Shown: one piece after another, positions 17,315 through 27,902 of the stretch | Numbering within the stretch: the stretch's first letter is position 1 | Layout of the letters: every line of letters starts with the position of its first letter | NCBI GenBank assembly: GCA_963730935.1 | Contig: CAVSTP010000002.1 | Span: 672,001 to 736,000 of the forward strand | Direction of reading: 5' to 3' | Source: an uncultured Nitrospiraceae bacterium | GTDB lineage: Bacteria; Nitrospirota; Nitrospiria; Nitrospirales; Nitrospiraceae | DNA: 64,000 nt | The notes under the pieces: model-generated | What the model was told of the DNA's origin: nothing | The model's input: only the letters and a program-made list of their open reading frames with translations | Databases searched by the model: none | Program-made: the position numbers and the translations under genes

Positions 17315-17965
17315 TTATCCGTTGAGCTCCGAAGCCGCCGCTTTCCGTCTGGCCCCATCCGCCGCCCGCCACAGGTACCAGGATGCAACTGTCCGATAGG
17401 GCTTCCAGCGCTCTCCATAGCGTAACATGGCTTTGGGGGTCGGCAGCGCGCGCCGGCCATAGGCGATCCGGAACCCGTTTCGCACTCCGAAGTCGTCAAC
17501 CGGGAGCACATCCGGACGGCCCAGATGGAAAATCAACAACATTTCCGCCGTCCAACGGCCGATGCCCCGAACGACCAGCAAGCGTTGGACGATCGCTTCA
17601 TCATCCAGCCGTTTGATTTCCCGATTCGTCGGAACCGTGCCGTCGAGCGCCTTTGCGGCAAGATCCTTCAAGGCTGTGATCTTGGGGCGAGAAAATCCCG
17701 CACGTCTCATGATCCGCCAATGTGTCGCGAGGATGTCGGCCGGACACGGAAAGCGGCGTCCGGGAAAAAGCGCGACGAGGCGCTTGAGGATGCTCGCGGC
17801 AGCCTTGTCGTGAAGCTGCTGATAGGCAATGGCTCGGACCAACGATTCAAACGGAGAGCACCCGACCCGCGGAGTCAGCGTACAGGGGCCGACCGCCTCA
17901 AGGAGATTCCTCATGACGGGATCGACGTTCGAGAGATGCGCGATTGCGGCGGAGGAGCGTCCCAC
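17315..17965 (-). CDS. alkA: DNA-3-methyladenine glycosylase II (HhH-GPD)
   Basis: FESLVRAIAYQQL, VRGIGRWTAEM, DVLPVDD, WKPYRT..YLW. Start uncertain; GTG 17965 chosen. Confidence 0.88.
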   Translation of the reverse strand: MGRSSAAIAHLSNVDPVMRNLLEAVGPCTLTPRVGCSPFESLVRAIAYQQLHDKAAASILKRLVALFPGRRFPCPADILATHWRIMRRAGFSRPKITALKDLAAKALDGTVPTNREIKRLDDEAIVQRLLVVRGIGRWTAEMLLIFHLGRPDVLPVDDFGVRNGFRIAYGRRALPTPKAMLRYGERWKPYRTVASWYLWRAADGARRKAAASELNG

Positions 17966-17969
17966 CGTT

Positions 17970-18572
17970 TCACCGCACGAGAGGCGACGGTCGGTTCCAG
18001 CTGGAGGAAAAGACAAAATCACTGATCGGCTGACGCTCACGAGGGTTCAGTTCGCGTTCTTGCAAATAATCCGGAAGGATCGCTGGATCGCCCGGATATC
18101 CCACGGCAATCATCGCCACCGGCTCGAAGCCCGACGGAATTTGACATTCCCTGCGGGCCTTTTCCACATCGTACCCGGCCATCTGATGCGCCTGCAATCC
18201 CAGGCCGGTCGCTTGGAGAACAAGGTTCTCGACGGCCATGCCGGTGTCATGCAAGGCATGCCGGTTTGGTGTTCCATCGTCCTCAAAAAACAGACTTGCA
18301 ACAGAGAGGATCAAGACCGGCGCACGGAACGCCCACTTCAGATTCCTTTCGGAGAGGCACCCGAGCAGCCTGTCGTAGTCGGGTCGGTGGTCCTTGGTGG
18401 CCGCAAGAAACCGCCACGGCTGTTCATTGTTCGAAGAGGGCGCCCAACGCGCCGCCTCGAACAGACTCTTGAATTTCTCCGGTTCCAGCGGTCGTTCCTC
18501 GAAGGCGCGCGGACTCCAGCGGCGTGCAATGAGGTCTACGATGTGGTGCTGCGCCGGCGCCGGTTTTTCCAT
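17970..18572 (-). CDS. nitroreductase family protein
   Basis: RRWSPRAF, AARWAPSSNNEQPWRF, HQMAGYD. Confidence 0.93.
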   Translation of the reverse strand: MEKPAPAQHHIVDLIARRWSPRAFEERPLEPEKFKSLFEAARWAPSSNNEQPWRFLAATKDHRPDYDRLLGCLSERNLKWAFRAPVLILSVASLFFEDDGTPNRHALHDTGMAVENLVLQATGLGLQAHQMAGYDVEKARRECQIPSGFEPVAMIAVGYPGDPAILPDYLQERELNPRERQPISDFVFSSSWNRPSPLVR

Positions 18573-20002
18573 GCGGTCAGCTGTCCTTCTTCTCGCGGAT
18601 TCTCCGGATTCTCCGCCATCTCCGGAGACCATCCGCCGCCGAGCGCCTTGTACAGTTGGACAACCGACACCAGATGCAACCGTCGCGAGCCGGTCATGGC
18701 CAATTCGGCCTCGAAGAGACTGCGCCGCGCCACGAGCACATCGAGATAGTTCGCCAGACCGCCTTTGTAGCGGAGTTCGGCGAGACGAAGCGCGGATTGC
18801 AGTGCATTGACTTGCTGTTGCTGCGCCTCGTTCTGTTGGCGGGCGGTTCTGGCGGCCACCAAGGCATCTTCGACCTCGCGAAACGCCGTCAGCACCGTTT
18901 GTTGGTAGTCCGCTAGCGTTTGCTTGGCCTGCGCCTCGACGGCGTCCTGCTGGAATCCCAGCGCTTGCGCGTTGAACAGGGGAAGCGTGAACCCGGCGCC
19001 GGCCGCTCCGAAGGACGACACGTCGGAAAAGATCGATCCCGTATGGGGATCTGCTGCACCGATCAGCCCCGTGAGCGAAATTTTAGGAAAGCGGTCGGCC
19101 TTGGCCGCGCCGATCCGGGCGGTCGCGGCGTTCAACGTTCGATCCGCCTGCAAGATGTCCGGGCGCCGCTGGAGCAGTTCGGAAGGGAGGCCCGGCGGAA
19201 TTGTCGGAGGCAGTGTCTGCTCCACGAGCGACTTCCCGCGGGGAATCTCGAAGGGCTTTCGACCGAGTAGGACGCTCAGCTGGTTTTCCGCCTGAATCAT
19301 TTGCCGCTCCAATTCGGCGGTCCGTGCCGCGGCATTCGCCCGCTCGGCCTCAAACTGATCGGCATCCAGTTTCGACGTCATCCCTTGGCGCAAGCGCGCC
19401 TGGGCAATGCGGACCGATTCCTCCCACGATTGCAGCGTGCGCTTGGCGATCGTCACCTGGGTGTCGAACTGGAGAAGGTTGAAATAGGCTTCCGCCACCG
19501 CACTGACCAGTTCCAGCACGACCGCCCGTCGGCTTTCTTCTTTCGCGAAGAGATCCGCGCGGGCCGCTTCATTGGCACGCCTGATGCGCCCCCACACATC
19601 CACTTCCCAGGACAGATTGCCCTGGAGGTAGTAGTTGAAGGGGTTGGGAAACCCTGGAACAAGGAAGACCGTCTTGCGGCCGAACGAAGGTGCATTGCCG
19701 GATGCCGTCATGTTGGGAAGAAAGTCTGATTTGGCGACCCAGGCCCTGGCCTGAAACTCCTCAACAGTGGCCGCGGCCTTTTGCAGATTTTTATTTTCGG
19801 CCAGGGCGGTGCGGACCAAGTGTTGAAGCTGCTGATCTTTCAACAGCTCCCACCAGGGCAGATTGGCCATGGAGGGCGCATCAGCACCCGCTTCGGCCAT
19901 GCGAAACCGGTCGTCCGTATCGCCGGGGGGGCGCTCATAGTCGGGGCCCATGGCGCAGGACGTCAACAGAACGGACAGGACAACGATGGCGTAGGGGCGC
20001 AT
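18536..20002 (-). CDS. RND efflux outer-membrane lipoprotein (NodT/OprM family)
   Basis: Lipobox LTSC, WEVDVWGRIR, PSELLQRRPDI, LYKALGGGW. Confidence 0.95.
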   Translation of the reverse strand: MRPYAIVVLSVLLTSCAMGPDYERPPGDTDDRFRMAEAGADAPSMANLPWWELLKDQQLQHLVRTALAENKNLQKAAATVEEFQARAWVAKSDFLPNMTASGNAPSFGRKTVFLVPGFPNPFNYYLQGNLSWEVDVWGRIRRANEAARADLFAKEESRRAVVLELVSAVAEAYFNLLQFDTQVTIAKRTLQSWEESVRIAQARLRQGMTSKLDADQFEAERANAAARTAELERQMIQAENQLSVLLGRKPFEIPRGKSLVEQTLPPTIPPGLPSELLQRRPDILQADRTLNAATARIGAAKADRFPKISLTGLIGAADPHTGSIFSDVSSFGAAGAGFTLPLFNAQALGFQQDAVEAQAKQTLADYQQTVLTAFREVEDALVAARTARQQNEAQQQQVNALQSALRLAELRYKGGLANYLDVLVARRSLFEAELAMTGSRRLHLVSVVQLYKALGGGWSPEMAENPENPREEGQLTAWKNRRRRSTTS

Positions 20003-20003
20003 G

Positions 20004-23000
20004 TCAGGTTTCTCCTTTCGGAAGCCGTGAGGGTTCGTGCACTCCTCGCGACGGCACCGGGATCCGGCCCGTGAGCTTCCTGATCAACACATAGAACAAC
20101 GGCACGAAAAAGATCGCCAAGAACGTGGCAGCGAGCATGCCACCCAACACCCCGGTGCCGATGGATTGCCGGCTCGCGGCGCCAGCCCCGGTCGCAATCA
20201 CCAGGGGAAACATGCCGAAGATGAAGGCCATCGACGTCATAATGATCGGCCGAAAACGCAGTCTGGCCGCTTCAATCGCCGCGTCAATCAGCGGCATCCC
20301 GGCTTCATACCGAGTGTTGGCAAATTCGACGATAAGAATGGCGTTTTTTGCCGAGAGTCCGATGAGTGTGACCATGCCAATTTGAAAGTAGATGTCGTTT
20401 GAGAAGCCCCGCAACCATACGGCCGACAGGGCGCCAAAGATCGCGAACGGGACGGCGAGGATAACCGCGAAGGGCACCGCCCAGCTTTCGAATTGTGCCG
20501 CTAGAACGAGGAAGACCATCAACAAACCGATGAGAAAGACAACATTTGATTGGCTTCCAACCCGACGCTCTTGAAAGGAAATATTGCTCCAGTCGATGTC
20601 ATAACCTTGCGGGAGCAACACTTCATTGGCCGCCCGCTCCAAGGCCTCGAGCGCCTGCCCGGAACTATAGCCTCGTGCGGCCGAGCCAAGGACCAGCGCC
20701 GTGTTATATCCATTGAAGTGGTTTACGGGATCCGGTCCGCTTTGATATTCCGTGGTGACGATCGTGTCGAGTGGAATCATGCTCGTCCCCTGTCCGTTCT
20801 GCGCACGGATATAGATCTTGGAAATATCCTGAGGCTTCGACCGGTATTCCGCATCTGCTTCGGTCTGTACATGGTAGATTCGACCGAATTTTAGGAAGTC
20901 GTTGATATAGAAAGTGCCGAAGTACGCTTGCAAGGTATCAAAGGCGTCGGAGATCGGTACCCCGAGGGCTTTGGCTCGTTCGCGATTGACATGCGCATAG
21001 AGACGCGGCGCAGATACCCGGAAGTTCGTTCCCACCTGGCCGATGGCCGGCTCCTTTTTCGCTCGCTCGATAAATTGTTGGGCGACAGCCGCGAATTTCT
21101 TGAAGTCTCCTCCGTTCGGATCTTGTAACTGAACTGAAAACCCGCCGACCGTGCCCACACCGCGAAGGGACGGCGCATTAAAGGCTAGGAGAAGCGCTTC
21201 TGGGATCTTGGCAAACTCCGCATACGCCATCCCGATCAGCGATTGGACGTGATATTGCGGTTCTGTGCGTTTGTCCCATAGATGCAGAGGCACAAACATC
21301 GTTGCGGCATTTGGACCTCTCGTGCCGAAGACAAAATTCTGCCCGGACATGGCATCGGTCGAATGAACGGCCGGATTGGCCTGAAACACCTTTTCGATCC
21401 GCTCGAGCACCGCGTCTGTGCGCTGCTTCGACGCCCCATCCGGAAGCTGCACCACCACAATAAAGTACCCTTGATCCTCCTCAGGCAGAAAACTGCGCGG
21501 CAAGCTGACGAACATGCCGGCCGATAACAGCACGACGAGACCGAACACGAGCATGACCCGGATGGGCCTTACGACGAGCTTACCCACGATGCTGGTATAG
21601 CCTCGCTGAGTGCCGCCGAACACACGGTCGAACCATTTCCAGAACCCGCCGCGCTCTCCTTCGTGGTGCACGAGAAACATGCTACAGAGCGCAGGGCTTA
21701 AGGTGAGGGCCACGAAACCTGAAACCGTGACCGAGATCGCGATCGTTGCGGCGAATTGTTTATACAGAGCACCGGTAATCCCACCAATGAAGCCCACCGG
21801 GACGAAGACCGAGACCAACACCAGCACGATCGCGATCACCGGAGCGGTGACTTCGGACATGGCGCGCTTCGCGGCCTCTTTGGCCGAGACGCGATCCTCC
21901 CGCATGTGCCGTTCGACGTTTTCCACCACCACGATGGCGTCGTCCACGACAATGCCAATCGCCAAGACCATCCCAAACAAGGTAATGGTATTGATCGAAA
22001 AGCCCAGCGCATAGAGACCGGCGAAAGTCCCGATCAATGACACCGGCACGGCAACCGTCGGAATAATCGTCGTCCGCCAACTCTGAAGGAAGAGATAGAC
22101 GACCAGAATGACCAGGGCCATGGCCTCCGCAAGGGTTTTGACGACTTCCTTGATGGACACTTCGATAAACCGGGTGGTGTCATAAGGAATGTCGTAGGAC
22201 ACGCCCGGGGGAAAGTCTTTGGCAAGCTTGTCCATGACCACACGAGTCGCGCGGACGGTATCTAACGCGTTCGCACCCGGCGCGAGAAACGTCACGATGA
22301 ATGTGGTTGGGCGGCTGTTCCACCGGCCTTCCAACGCATACGATTGGGCGCCGAGTTCAATACGGGCCACGTCCGTCAAACGCACAAGGGATCCGTCCGG
22401 CAGTGCACGGACGATTAACTCCTCAAAATCCTTCACATCCGTGAGCCGGCCCTTTGTAATGACGGGGATCGTCAACTCAGTGCCTTTCATGGCTGGTTCC
22501 CGGCCGATCAAACCGGCCGGATAATCGCGGTTCTGCTCTCGGATGATCGCGGCGATGTCGGTGGGCGTCAGGCTCAACCGCGCCATCATCAACGGATTCA
22601 GAATGATCCGCATGCTGTAGTTCTGCTGGCCGAAGACCATCGCATCGCCGACACCTTTCACGCGGCGGACGTTGTCGACCAGTCGCAGAATGGCGTAGTT
22701 CGAGAGGAAGACGGCGTCGTGGTTTGGATCGGTGGATTTCAGGGCAATGACCCCCACGAGATCGGGGGACATTTTCTTCACGCTCACCCCTTGCCTGATG
22801 ACTTCCGGCGGCAGTTGCGGCTCCGCGAGTTTTTCGCGATTCTGAGTTTGGACCTGGGCAATGTCAGGGTCGGTGCCGATTTCAAAGGTCAGTTTGATGG
22901 TGACATGGCCGTCGTTGCTGCTCGTGCTGTCGAAGTACACGAGGTTGTCGATGCCGGGTAGCTGAACTTCGATGGCCCGAGCCACCGATTCCGCAACGAC

Positions 23001-23168
23001 CTCCGCGCTCGCGCCCGGATAATCGGCATCGATTTGGACGACCGGAGGAGTGATTTCAGGAAACTGTGCGATGGGCAGGAACTGGACGGACAGCAGGCCC
23101 ATGACCACAATCACGAGGGACACGACCGAGGCCATGATCGGCCGATCGATGAAGACATGGGAGGTCAC
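20004..23168 (-). CDS. RND multidrug efflux permease (HAE1, AcrB/MexB-like)
   Basis: 1054 aa; VDDAIVVVENVER, GLSAKNAILIVEFA, RFRPIIMTS. Confidence 0.95.
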   Translation of the reverse strand: MTSHVFIDRPIMASVVSLVIVVMGLLSVQFLPIAQFPEITPPVVQIDADYPGASAEVVAESVARAIEVQLPGIDNLVYFDSTSSNDGHVTIKLTFEIGTDPDIAQVQTQNREKLAEPQLPPEVIRQGVSVKKMSPDLVGVIALKSTDPNHDAVFLSNYAILRLVDNVRRVKGVGDAMVFGQQNYSMRIILNPLMMARLSLTPTDIAAIIREQNRDYPAGLIGREPAMKGTELTIPVITKGRLTDVKDFEELIVRALPDGSLVRLTDVARIELGAQSYALEGRWNSRPTTFIVTFLAPGANALDTVRATRVVMDKLAKDFPPGVSYDIPYDTTRFIEVSIKEVVKTLAEAMALVILVVYLFLQSWRTTIIPTVAVPVSLIGTFAGLYALGFSINTITLFGMVLAIGIVVDDAIVVVENVERHMREDRVSAKEAAKRAMSEVTAPVIAIVLVLVSVFVPVGFIGGITGALYKQFAATIAISVTVSGFVALTLSPALCSMFLVHHEGERGGFWKWFDRVFGGTQRGYTSIVGKLVVRPIRVMLVFGLVVLLSAGMFVSLPRSFLPEEDQGYFIVVVQLPDGASKQRTDAVLERIEKVFQANPAVHSTDAMSGQNFVFGTRGPNAATMFVPLHLWDKRTEPQYHVQSLIGMAYAEFAKIPEALLLAFNAPSLRGVGTVGGFSVQLQDPNGGDFKKFAAVAQQFIERAKKEPAIGQVGTNFRVSAPRLYAHVNRERAKALGVPISDAFDTLQAYFGTFYINDFLKFGRIYHVQTEADAEYRSKPQDISKIYIRAQNGQGTSMIPLDTIVTTEYQSGPDPVNHFNGYNTALVLGSAARGYSSGQALEALERAANEVLLPQGYDIDWSNISFQERRVGSQSNVVFLIGLLMVFLVLAAQFESWAVPFAVILAVPFAIFGALSAVWLRGFSNDIYFQIGMVTLIGLSAKNAILIVEFANTRYEAGMPLIDAAIEAARLRFRPIIMTSMAFIFGMFPLVIATGAGAASRQSIGTGVLGGMLAATFLAIFFVPLFYVLIRKLTGRIPVPSRGVHEPSRLPKGET

Positions 23169-23171
23169 GCG

Positions 23172-24395
23172 TCACCCTTGTTTCGGCGCCCCGGAAGGAG
23201 ACGCGGTGGCCGGCGGCGCCTCTCCGGCAGGGACGGCCTTCACCAAGGCACCGGGACCGATCTTCATCAATCCGTTGACGACGACACGGTCGCCGGCTTG
23301 AATGCCCTCGTCGATGAGCCACTGATCGCCCTGCCAGGTCGAGGCCTGAACCGGGCGCATCTGCACGTGCTCGTCGGGACCCACGATGTAGACGAACGGG
23401 CCCTGCGGCCCTTGGAGCACGGCGCGTTGCGGGATCAACACGACATTGGGTTTGGTGTCCCCCTTGAATTTCACTTTCACGAATTGTCCCGGCAGCAGCT
23501 CCCGTTTCGGGTTGGGAATCGTGATGCGCACGACGCGTGCCCCCGTTTCCGTCCGGAGGCCGGGCTCCATTAAATCCAGCACCCCTTCGTGGGGATAGGT
23601 GGTGCCGTCCAGCAACATCATCTCGCCTCGAAGCTGGTACACGCCGGGATGGGCAATCCGTTTCTCTTCGATGTCGCGTCGGCGTTTAAGGAGGAACTTC
23701 TCGGGGATACTCACCACCACGTACATGGGATCGACCCGATGCACCATGGTGAGCAAATCGGTTTGAGCCGACACGAGCCGTCCTTCGTAATACCGTGTCC
23801 GTTCGATCAACCCGTCGATCGGAGCGGTGATTAGGGTATTGTCCAAATCGAACTGAGCTTTCATGAGGTCCGCCTTGGCGCCCTGCAAGGCCGCTTTGGA
23901 CGAGAGGTCTTCGGCCACGGCGTCGTCCACGTCCTTTTGACTGACCGCTTGCTCGGCCAGGAGCGGCTTGACGCGGGCCAAGTCCTGCCTGGCTTGCACG
24001 ACCTTCGCTTCCGCTTGCGCAATCCTGGCCTTCGCGCTGGCTGCCGCGGCTTGGAAGGGGACCGGATCGATCTGATAGAGGCGGTTGCCCTTCTTGACGT
24101 CGCGCCCCTCTTGATACAGCACCGCTTTGATCAAGCCGGTGACTTGCGAACGGATCTCAACCGGTCGAGAGGCTTCTGCTTGGCCAAGGAATTCCGGCTC
24201 GTCAGGAACGGTCGTGGTGCTCGCCGTGATCACCTCTACCTGGGGTACCTGAGGTGAGGGAGCCGAGCCTGCATCTTGTTTACACGCCGCGAGGCCCACC
24301 AGGGCGAGCGCACCGAGCAGCCCCCAGGCCAGATGGCGTCTGGATTCTGCCCTGAGAGCAATGGACTGCGACATACGATCCATCCTTGTCATCAT
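23172..24395 (-). CDS. RND periplasmic adaptor (MFP) lipoprotein
   Basis: Lipobox LAAC, EIRSQVTG, LYQIDP, ITAPIDG, LLPGQFV. Confidence 0.93.
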   Translation of the reverse strand: MMTRMDRMSQSIALRAESRRHLAWGLLGALALVGLAACKQDAGSAPSPQVPQVEVITASTTTVPDEPEFLGQAEASRPVEIRSQVTGLIKAVLYQEGRDVKKGNRLYQIDPVPFQAAAASAKARIAQAEAKVVQARQDLARVKPLLAEQAVSQKDVDDAVAEDLSSKAALQGAKADLMKAQFDLDNTLITAPIDGLIERTRYYEGRLVSAQTDLLTMVHRVDPMYVVVSIPEKFLLKRRRDIEEKRIAHPGVYQLRGEMMLLDGTTYPHEGVLDLMEPGLRTETGARVVRITIPNPKRELLPGQFVKVKFKGDTKPNVVLIPQRAVLQGPQGPFVYIVGPDEHVQMRPVQASTWQGDQWLIDEGIQAGDRVVVNGLMKIGPGALVKAVPAGEAPPATASPSGAPKQG

Positions 24396-24455
24396 TTTCG
24401 CATCTTAGTGGGCGGTAGACTTCCTTAGCAAGCAAGGCTTTGACGCCTTTCCGCC

Positions 24456-24734
24456 TTACCTGACCTGCTTTTTCGCGTCCTCCACGATGGACCTCATGCA
24501 GCATCCGCTGGCGAGCAGGTCGGCGCCCGCCCGGTACATTCGCGTCAACAGCGCCTTGCCTTCCTGTTCGACATACGTGACACCGGTCAGATCGACAATT
24601 AATCGCCGGCCGGCAGCGGATTGTTCCGAATCCCGCCAGCATTGTTCAAGTTCTCCAATCCAGGGACCCACCAGGCGACCCTCGAGAGTGATTCTCGTCG
24701 AATCGTCCGACCTGTGGGTGGTGATCTTCAGCAT
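24456..24734 (-). CDS. small STAS-like domain protein
   Basis: MLKIT...LEGRLVGPW...VDLTGVTYVEQEGKALL; AGGAG RBS. Confidence 0.75.
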   Translation of the reverse strand: MLKITTHRSDDSTRITLEGRLVGPWIGELEQCWRDSEQSAAGRRLIVDLTGVTYVEQEGKALLTRMYRAGADLLASGCCMRSIVEDAKKQVR

Positions 24735-24772
24735 GGTATGAATTCTTCTCCTTTGTGCAACGTTATCGTGGC

Positions 24773-27700
24773 TCAGGCCTTGGCGCCAGCCACCAACAGC
24801 TCGTCATCCTCGACGAGGTCTTCCAGGTCGTCCCGCAAGGCGTCCGGCTGATGCTCTGCGGCGATCAGCGAATAAAACACCGGCACGACGAACAGCGTGA
24901 ACAGGGTCCCGACCGTCATGCCGGTCACGAGCACCATGCCGATGCTGTTTCGCGCCGCTGCGCCCGGTCCCGTCGCCAGCACCAGGGGAAGATGGCCGAA
25001 GACCGTGGCCGCCGAGGTCATGAGCACCGGCCGCAAACGGGTCAGGGCTGCCTCCCGCACTGCCACCGCACGTGCAAGCCCGCTGGCTTGAAGCTGATTG
25101 GCGAACTCGACGATCAGAATTCCGTTTTTGGCGATCAGTCCGACCAGCGTGATCAGCCCCACCTGCGAGTAGATATTGATGGTCGTCAGGTCGAGAAAAC
25201 TGAACACGAGTGCGCCGGAAATCGCGAGCGGGACGGAACCAAGCAGCACGATCAAGGGGTCACGAAAGCTTTGAAACTGGGCCGCCAGCACGAGATAGAT
25301 AAGGACGACCGCAAACCCGAGGGTGACCGTCAGCGCACCACCTTCCTGACGAATCTGCCGAGACTCGCCGGCATAATCGAGCACGACCGGCGGTCCTCCT
25401 GCCGTTGCCGCGGCGGCTTCGAGCACGCGGAGGCCTTCCGCCTTGGTCACGCCCGGCTTCACGCCGCCGAAGATGCGGACGGCGTTGCGCTGCTGGAAGC
25501 GGTTGAGCGTGCGGGGTGCGGTGCTCGTCTCGATGTGCGTGAAGGTCGAGACCGGCACGAGTTGACCGGCTGGAGTCTTGATCTTGAGGTCGAGGAGCGG
25601 TTCCACGGTCGCACGGTCCTTGTCGCCGATCTGCGGAATCACTTTGTAGCTCCGGTCGAAATAGTTGAAGCGGTTGACGTAGGCCCCGCCGAGGAGCGTG
25701 CCGAGTTCCCGGCCCACGCCGGCCAAATCGAGCCCCAGATCGGCCAGACGCTCGCGGTCGAGGACGACACGCGCTTCCGGTAGATCGATTTTCAGATCGG
25801 TGTCCACATACAAAAACTTCCCGCTCTGCCACCCTGCGCCGAGGACGGCGCCGACCGTTTGCAGCATCTGGTCAGCCGGAACATCGCTCTGCAAGACCAA
25901 CTCCACGTCGTACTGACCGGGGGTGGGGAGCGGCGGGTCCAGACGGGGGAATACGCGCAGGCCGGGCACTTGCGACACAGCGCCAAAGACCTGGCCATAC
26001 ATCTGCTCGGTCGAGCGCTCCCGCACATGCCAGTCCTTTGCGACGAGTCCCCCGAAGCCGCCCCATGCGGTAGTCAGCGACCAGGTGAACTCGGTTTCGG
26101 GAAAGGACCTGACGGCATCCACGATCTGGAGATGCTGGCGGTTCGTGGCGGCCACGGTGGAGTCGGGCGATGCTTCGAAGAAGAGACTGATATGACTTTG
26201 ATCCTCGACAGGTGCGAGTTCCTGCCGAGAGAACAGATAGAGAGGCCAGGCGGCGACCATGATCAGCACGGCCGCGGCGACGATGCCCCAGCGCATCTCC
26301 AACGCGCCGTCGAGCAGCCGTGCATATCCTCGGCGGACCAGCTCGAACGTCCGGTTCACCAGCACGGCCATCCGGCCTTCCTTGCCCTGAGGGTGGACGA
26401 ATCGTGAACTCATCACCGGCGAGAGCGTCACGGCGACGACACCCGACAACACCACGGCCACCGCGAGCGTCATGGCAAACTCGAGAAACAGAGAGCCGGT
26501 CAAGCCACCCTGGAATCCAATCGGCGTGTAGACCGTCGCCAGGGTAATCGTCATCGCAATAATGGGACCGATCAGCTCGCGAGCTCCTGCCAACGCCGCC
26601 TCGATCCGCGATTTGCCCTGCCGGACGTGCCGCTCGACGTTCTCCACCACCACGATCGCATCATCGACCACCAAGCCGACCGACAACACAATGGCGAGCA
26701 GCGTCAAGAGATTCAGGCTGAAGCCGAACGCGAACATAAAGAGGGCTGCTCCGATCAGTGACACCGGTATCGCCACCAACGGCACGAGCGCCGTGCGCAC
26801 GGAGCCCATGAAGAGAAAGACGACCAGCGCGACGATCAGAATCGTTTCCGACAAGGTCTTGGTGATTTCGGTCAGCGCATTCCGCATGAACATCGTGCCG
26901 TCCCAGACGAGCCGCATATCGATGTCCTTCGGCAGTGTCGGCCTGATGCGCTCCATTTCATCTCGCAACCGTTTGGCCACGTCGATTTCGTTCGCCCCGG
27001 GGACTGGCCAGACGCCCAGATAGACGCCTTCCGTGCTGTTGTACTTCGCGACCATGTCCGCCTCTTCGGCCTCACGCTCGACCTTGGCAATGTCTTTTAG
27101 CCGTACAATGGCGCCACCGCGATCGGCAACGATCAGGTCTTCGAACTCTTCGGTGGAACGGAGGTCGGTATTGGCGAGCAGATTGACCTGTACCAGATTG
27201 CCCTTGGTCCGGCCGACCGCCGCTAAATAGTTGTTCCGTCGGAGCGCGCCCTGCACGTCTCCTGGCGAAAGATTGAAGGAGGCCAACCGGTCGGGATCGA
27301 TCCAAATGCGCATCGCGATTTGGCGGCCACCCTCGATCGTCACCCGCTGGACACCCGACAGCGTCGCGAGTTGCGGCTGCAGCGTGCGCAGCAGCCAGTC
27401 TGTCACCGCGGGGACGGTCCGCTCGCTGGAGGTGAAGCTCAGATAGAAGGAGGCGTAGGGCCGATCGGCGCGCTGCACTTCGACGACCGGCGGCTCGGCT
27501 TCTGCCGGCAGCTCTGAGCGCACTTGTTGAAGCCGCGCTGTCACCTCGGCCAACGCCGCCGTGCTGCTGTGGTTCAATTTCAAATGCACCGTGACCGTGC
27601 TCACGCCGCCACGGCTGGTGGATTCCACGTAATCGACCCCGCCGATTGCCGACGCGACCCGCTCGATCGGCGTGCTCAGAAACCCGCGGACGGTCTCTGC

Positions 27701-27874
27701 GCTTGCGCCGTAATACACGGTGGTGATGATCACCGACGAGCTCTCGATCTTGGGATACTGCTGCACGGGCAGCGTCGTCAGCGCCCGCCAGCCGGCCAGC
27801 ACGATCATGAGATTCACGACGATCGCCAGCACCGGATGTTTGATGAAGATGTCGGTGAATGAACGCATCTGCAT
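24773..27874 (-). CDS. RND efflux permease (MexW/MexI-like)
   Basis: VDDAIVVVENVER, GLIAKNGILIVEFA, RLRPVLMTS; start set at MQMRSFTD. Confidence 0.95.
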   Translation of the reverse strand: MQMRSFTDIFIKHPVLAIVVNLMIVLAGWRALTTLPVQQYPKIESSSVIITTVYYGASAETVRGFLSTPIERVASAIGGVDYVESTSRGGVSTVTVHLKLNHSSTAALAEVTARLQQVRSELPAEAEPPVVEVQRADRPYASFYLSFTSSERTVPAVTDWLLRTLQPQLATLSGVQRVTIEGGRQIAMRIWIDPDRLASFNLSPGDVQGALRRNNYLAAVGRTKGNLVQVNLLANTDLRSTEEFEDLIVADRGGAIVRLKDIAKVEREAEEADMVAKYNSTEGVYLGVWPVPGANEIDVAKRLRDEMERIRPTLPKDIDMRLVWDGTMFMRNALTEITKTLSETILIVALVVFLFMGSVRTALVPLVAIPVSLIGAALFMFAFGFSLNLLTLLAIVLSVGLVVDDAIVVVENVERHVRQGKSRIEAALAGARELIGPIIAMTITLATVYTPIGFQGGLTGSLFLEFAMTLAVAVVLSGVVAVTLSPVMSSRFVHPQGKEGRMAVLVNRTFELVRRGYARLLDGALEMRWGIVAAAVLIMVAAWPLYLFSRQELAPVEDQSHISLFFEASPDSTVAATNRQHLQIVDAVRSFPETEFTWSLTTAWGGFGGLVAKDWHVRERSTEQMYGQVFGAVSQVPGLRVFPRLDPPLPTPGQYDVELVLQSDVPADQMLQTVGAVLGAGWQSGKFLYVDTDLKIDLPEARVVLDRERLADLGLDLAGVGRELGTLLGGAYVNRFNYFDRSYKVIPQIGDKDRATVEPLLDLKIKTPAGQLVPVSTFTHIETSTAPRTLNRFQQRNAVRIFGGVKPGVTKAEGLRVLEAAAATAGGPPVVLDYAGESRQIRQEGGALTVTLGFAVVLIYLVLAAQFQSFRDPLIVLLGSVPLAISGALVFSFLDLTTINIYSQVGLITLVGLIAKNGILIVEFANQLQASGLARAVAVREAALTRLRPVLMTSAATVFGHLPLVLATGPGAAARNSIGMVLVTGMTVGTLFTLFVVPVFYSLIAAEHQPDALRDDLEDLVEDDELLVAGAKA

Positions 27875-27902
27875 GGTCTTTCCCGTCCTTCTAATCATCG
27901 AT

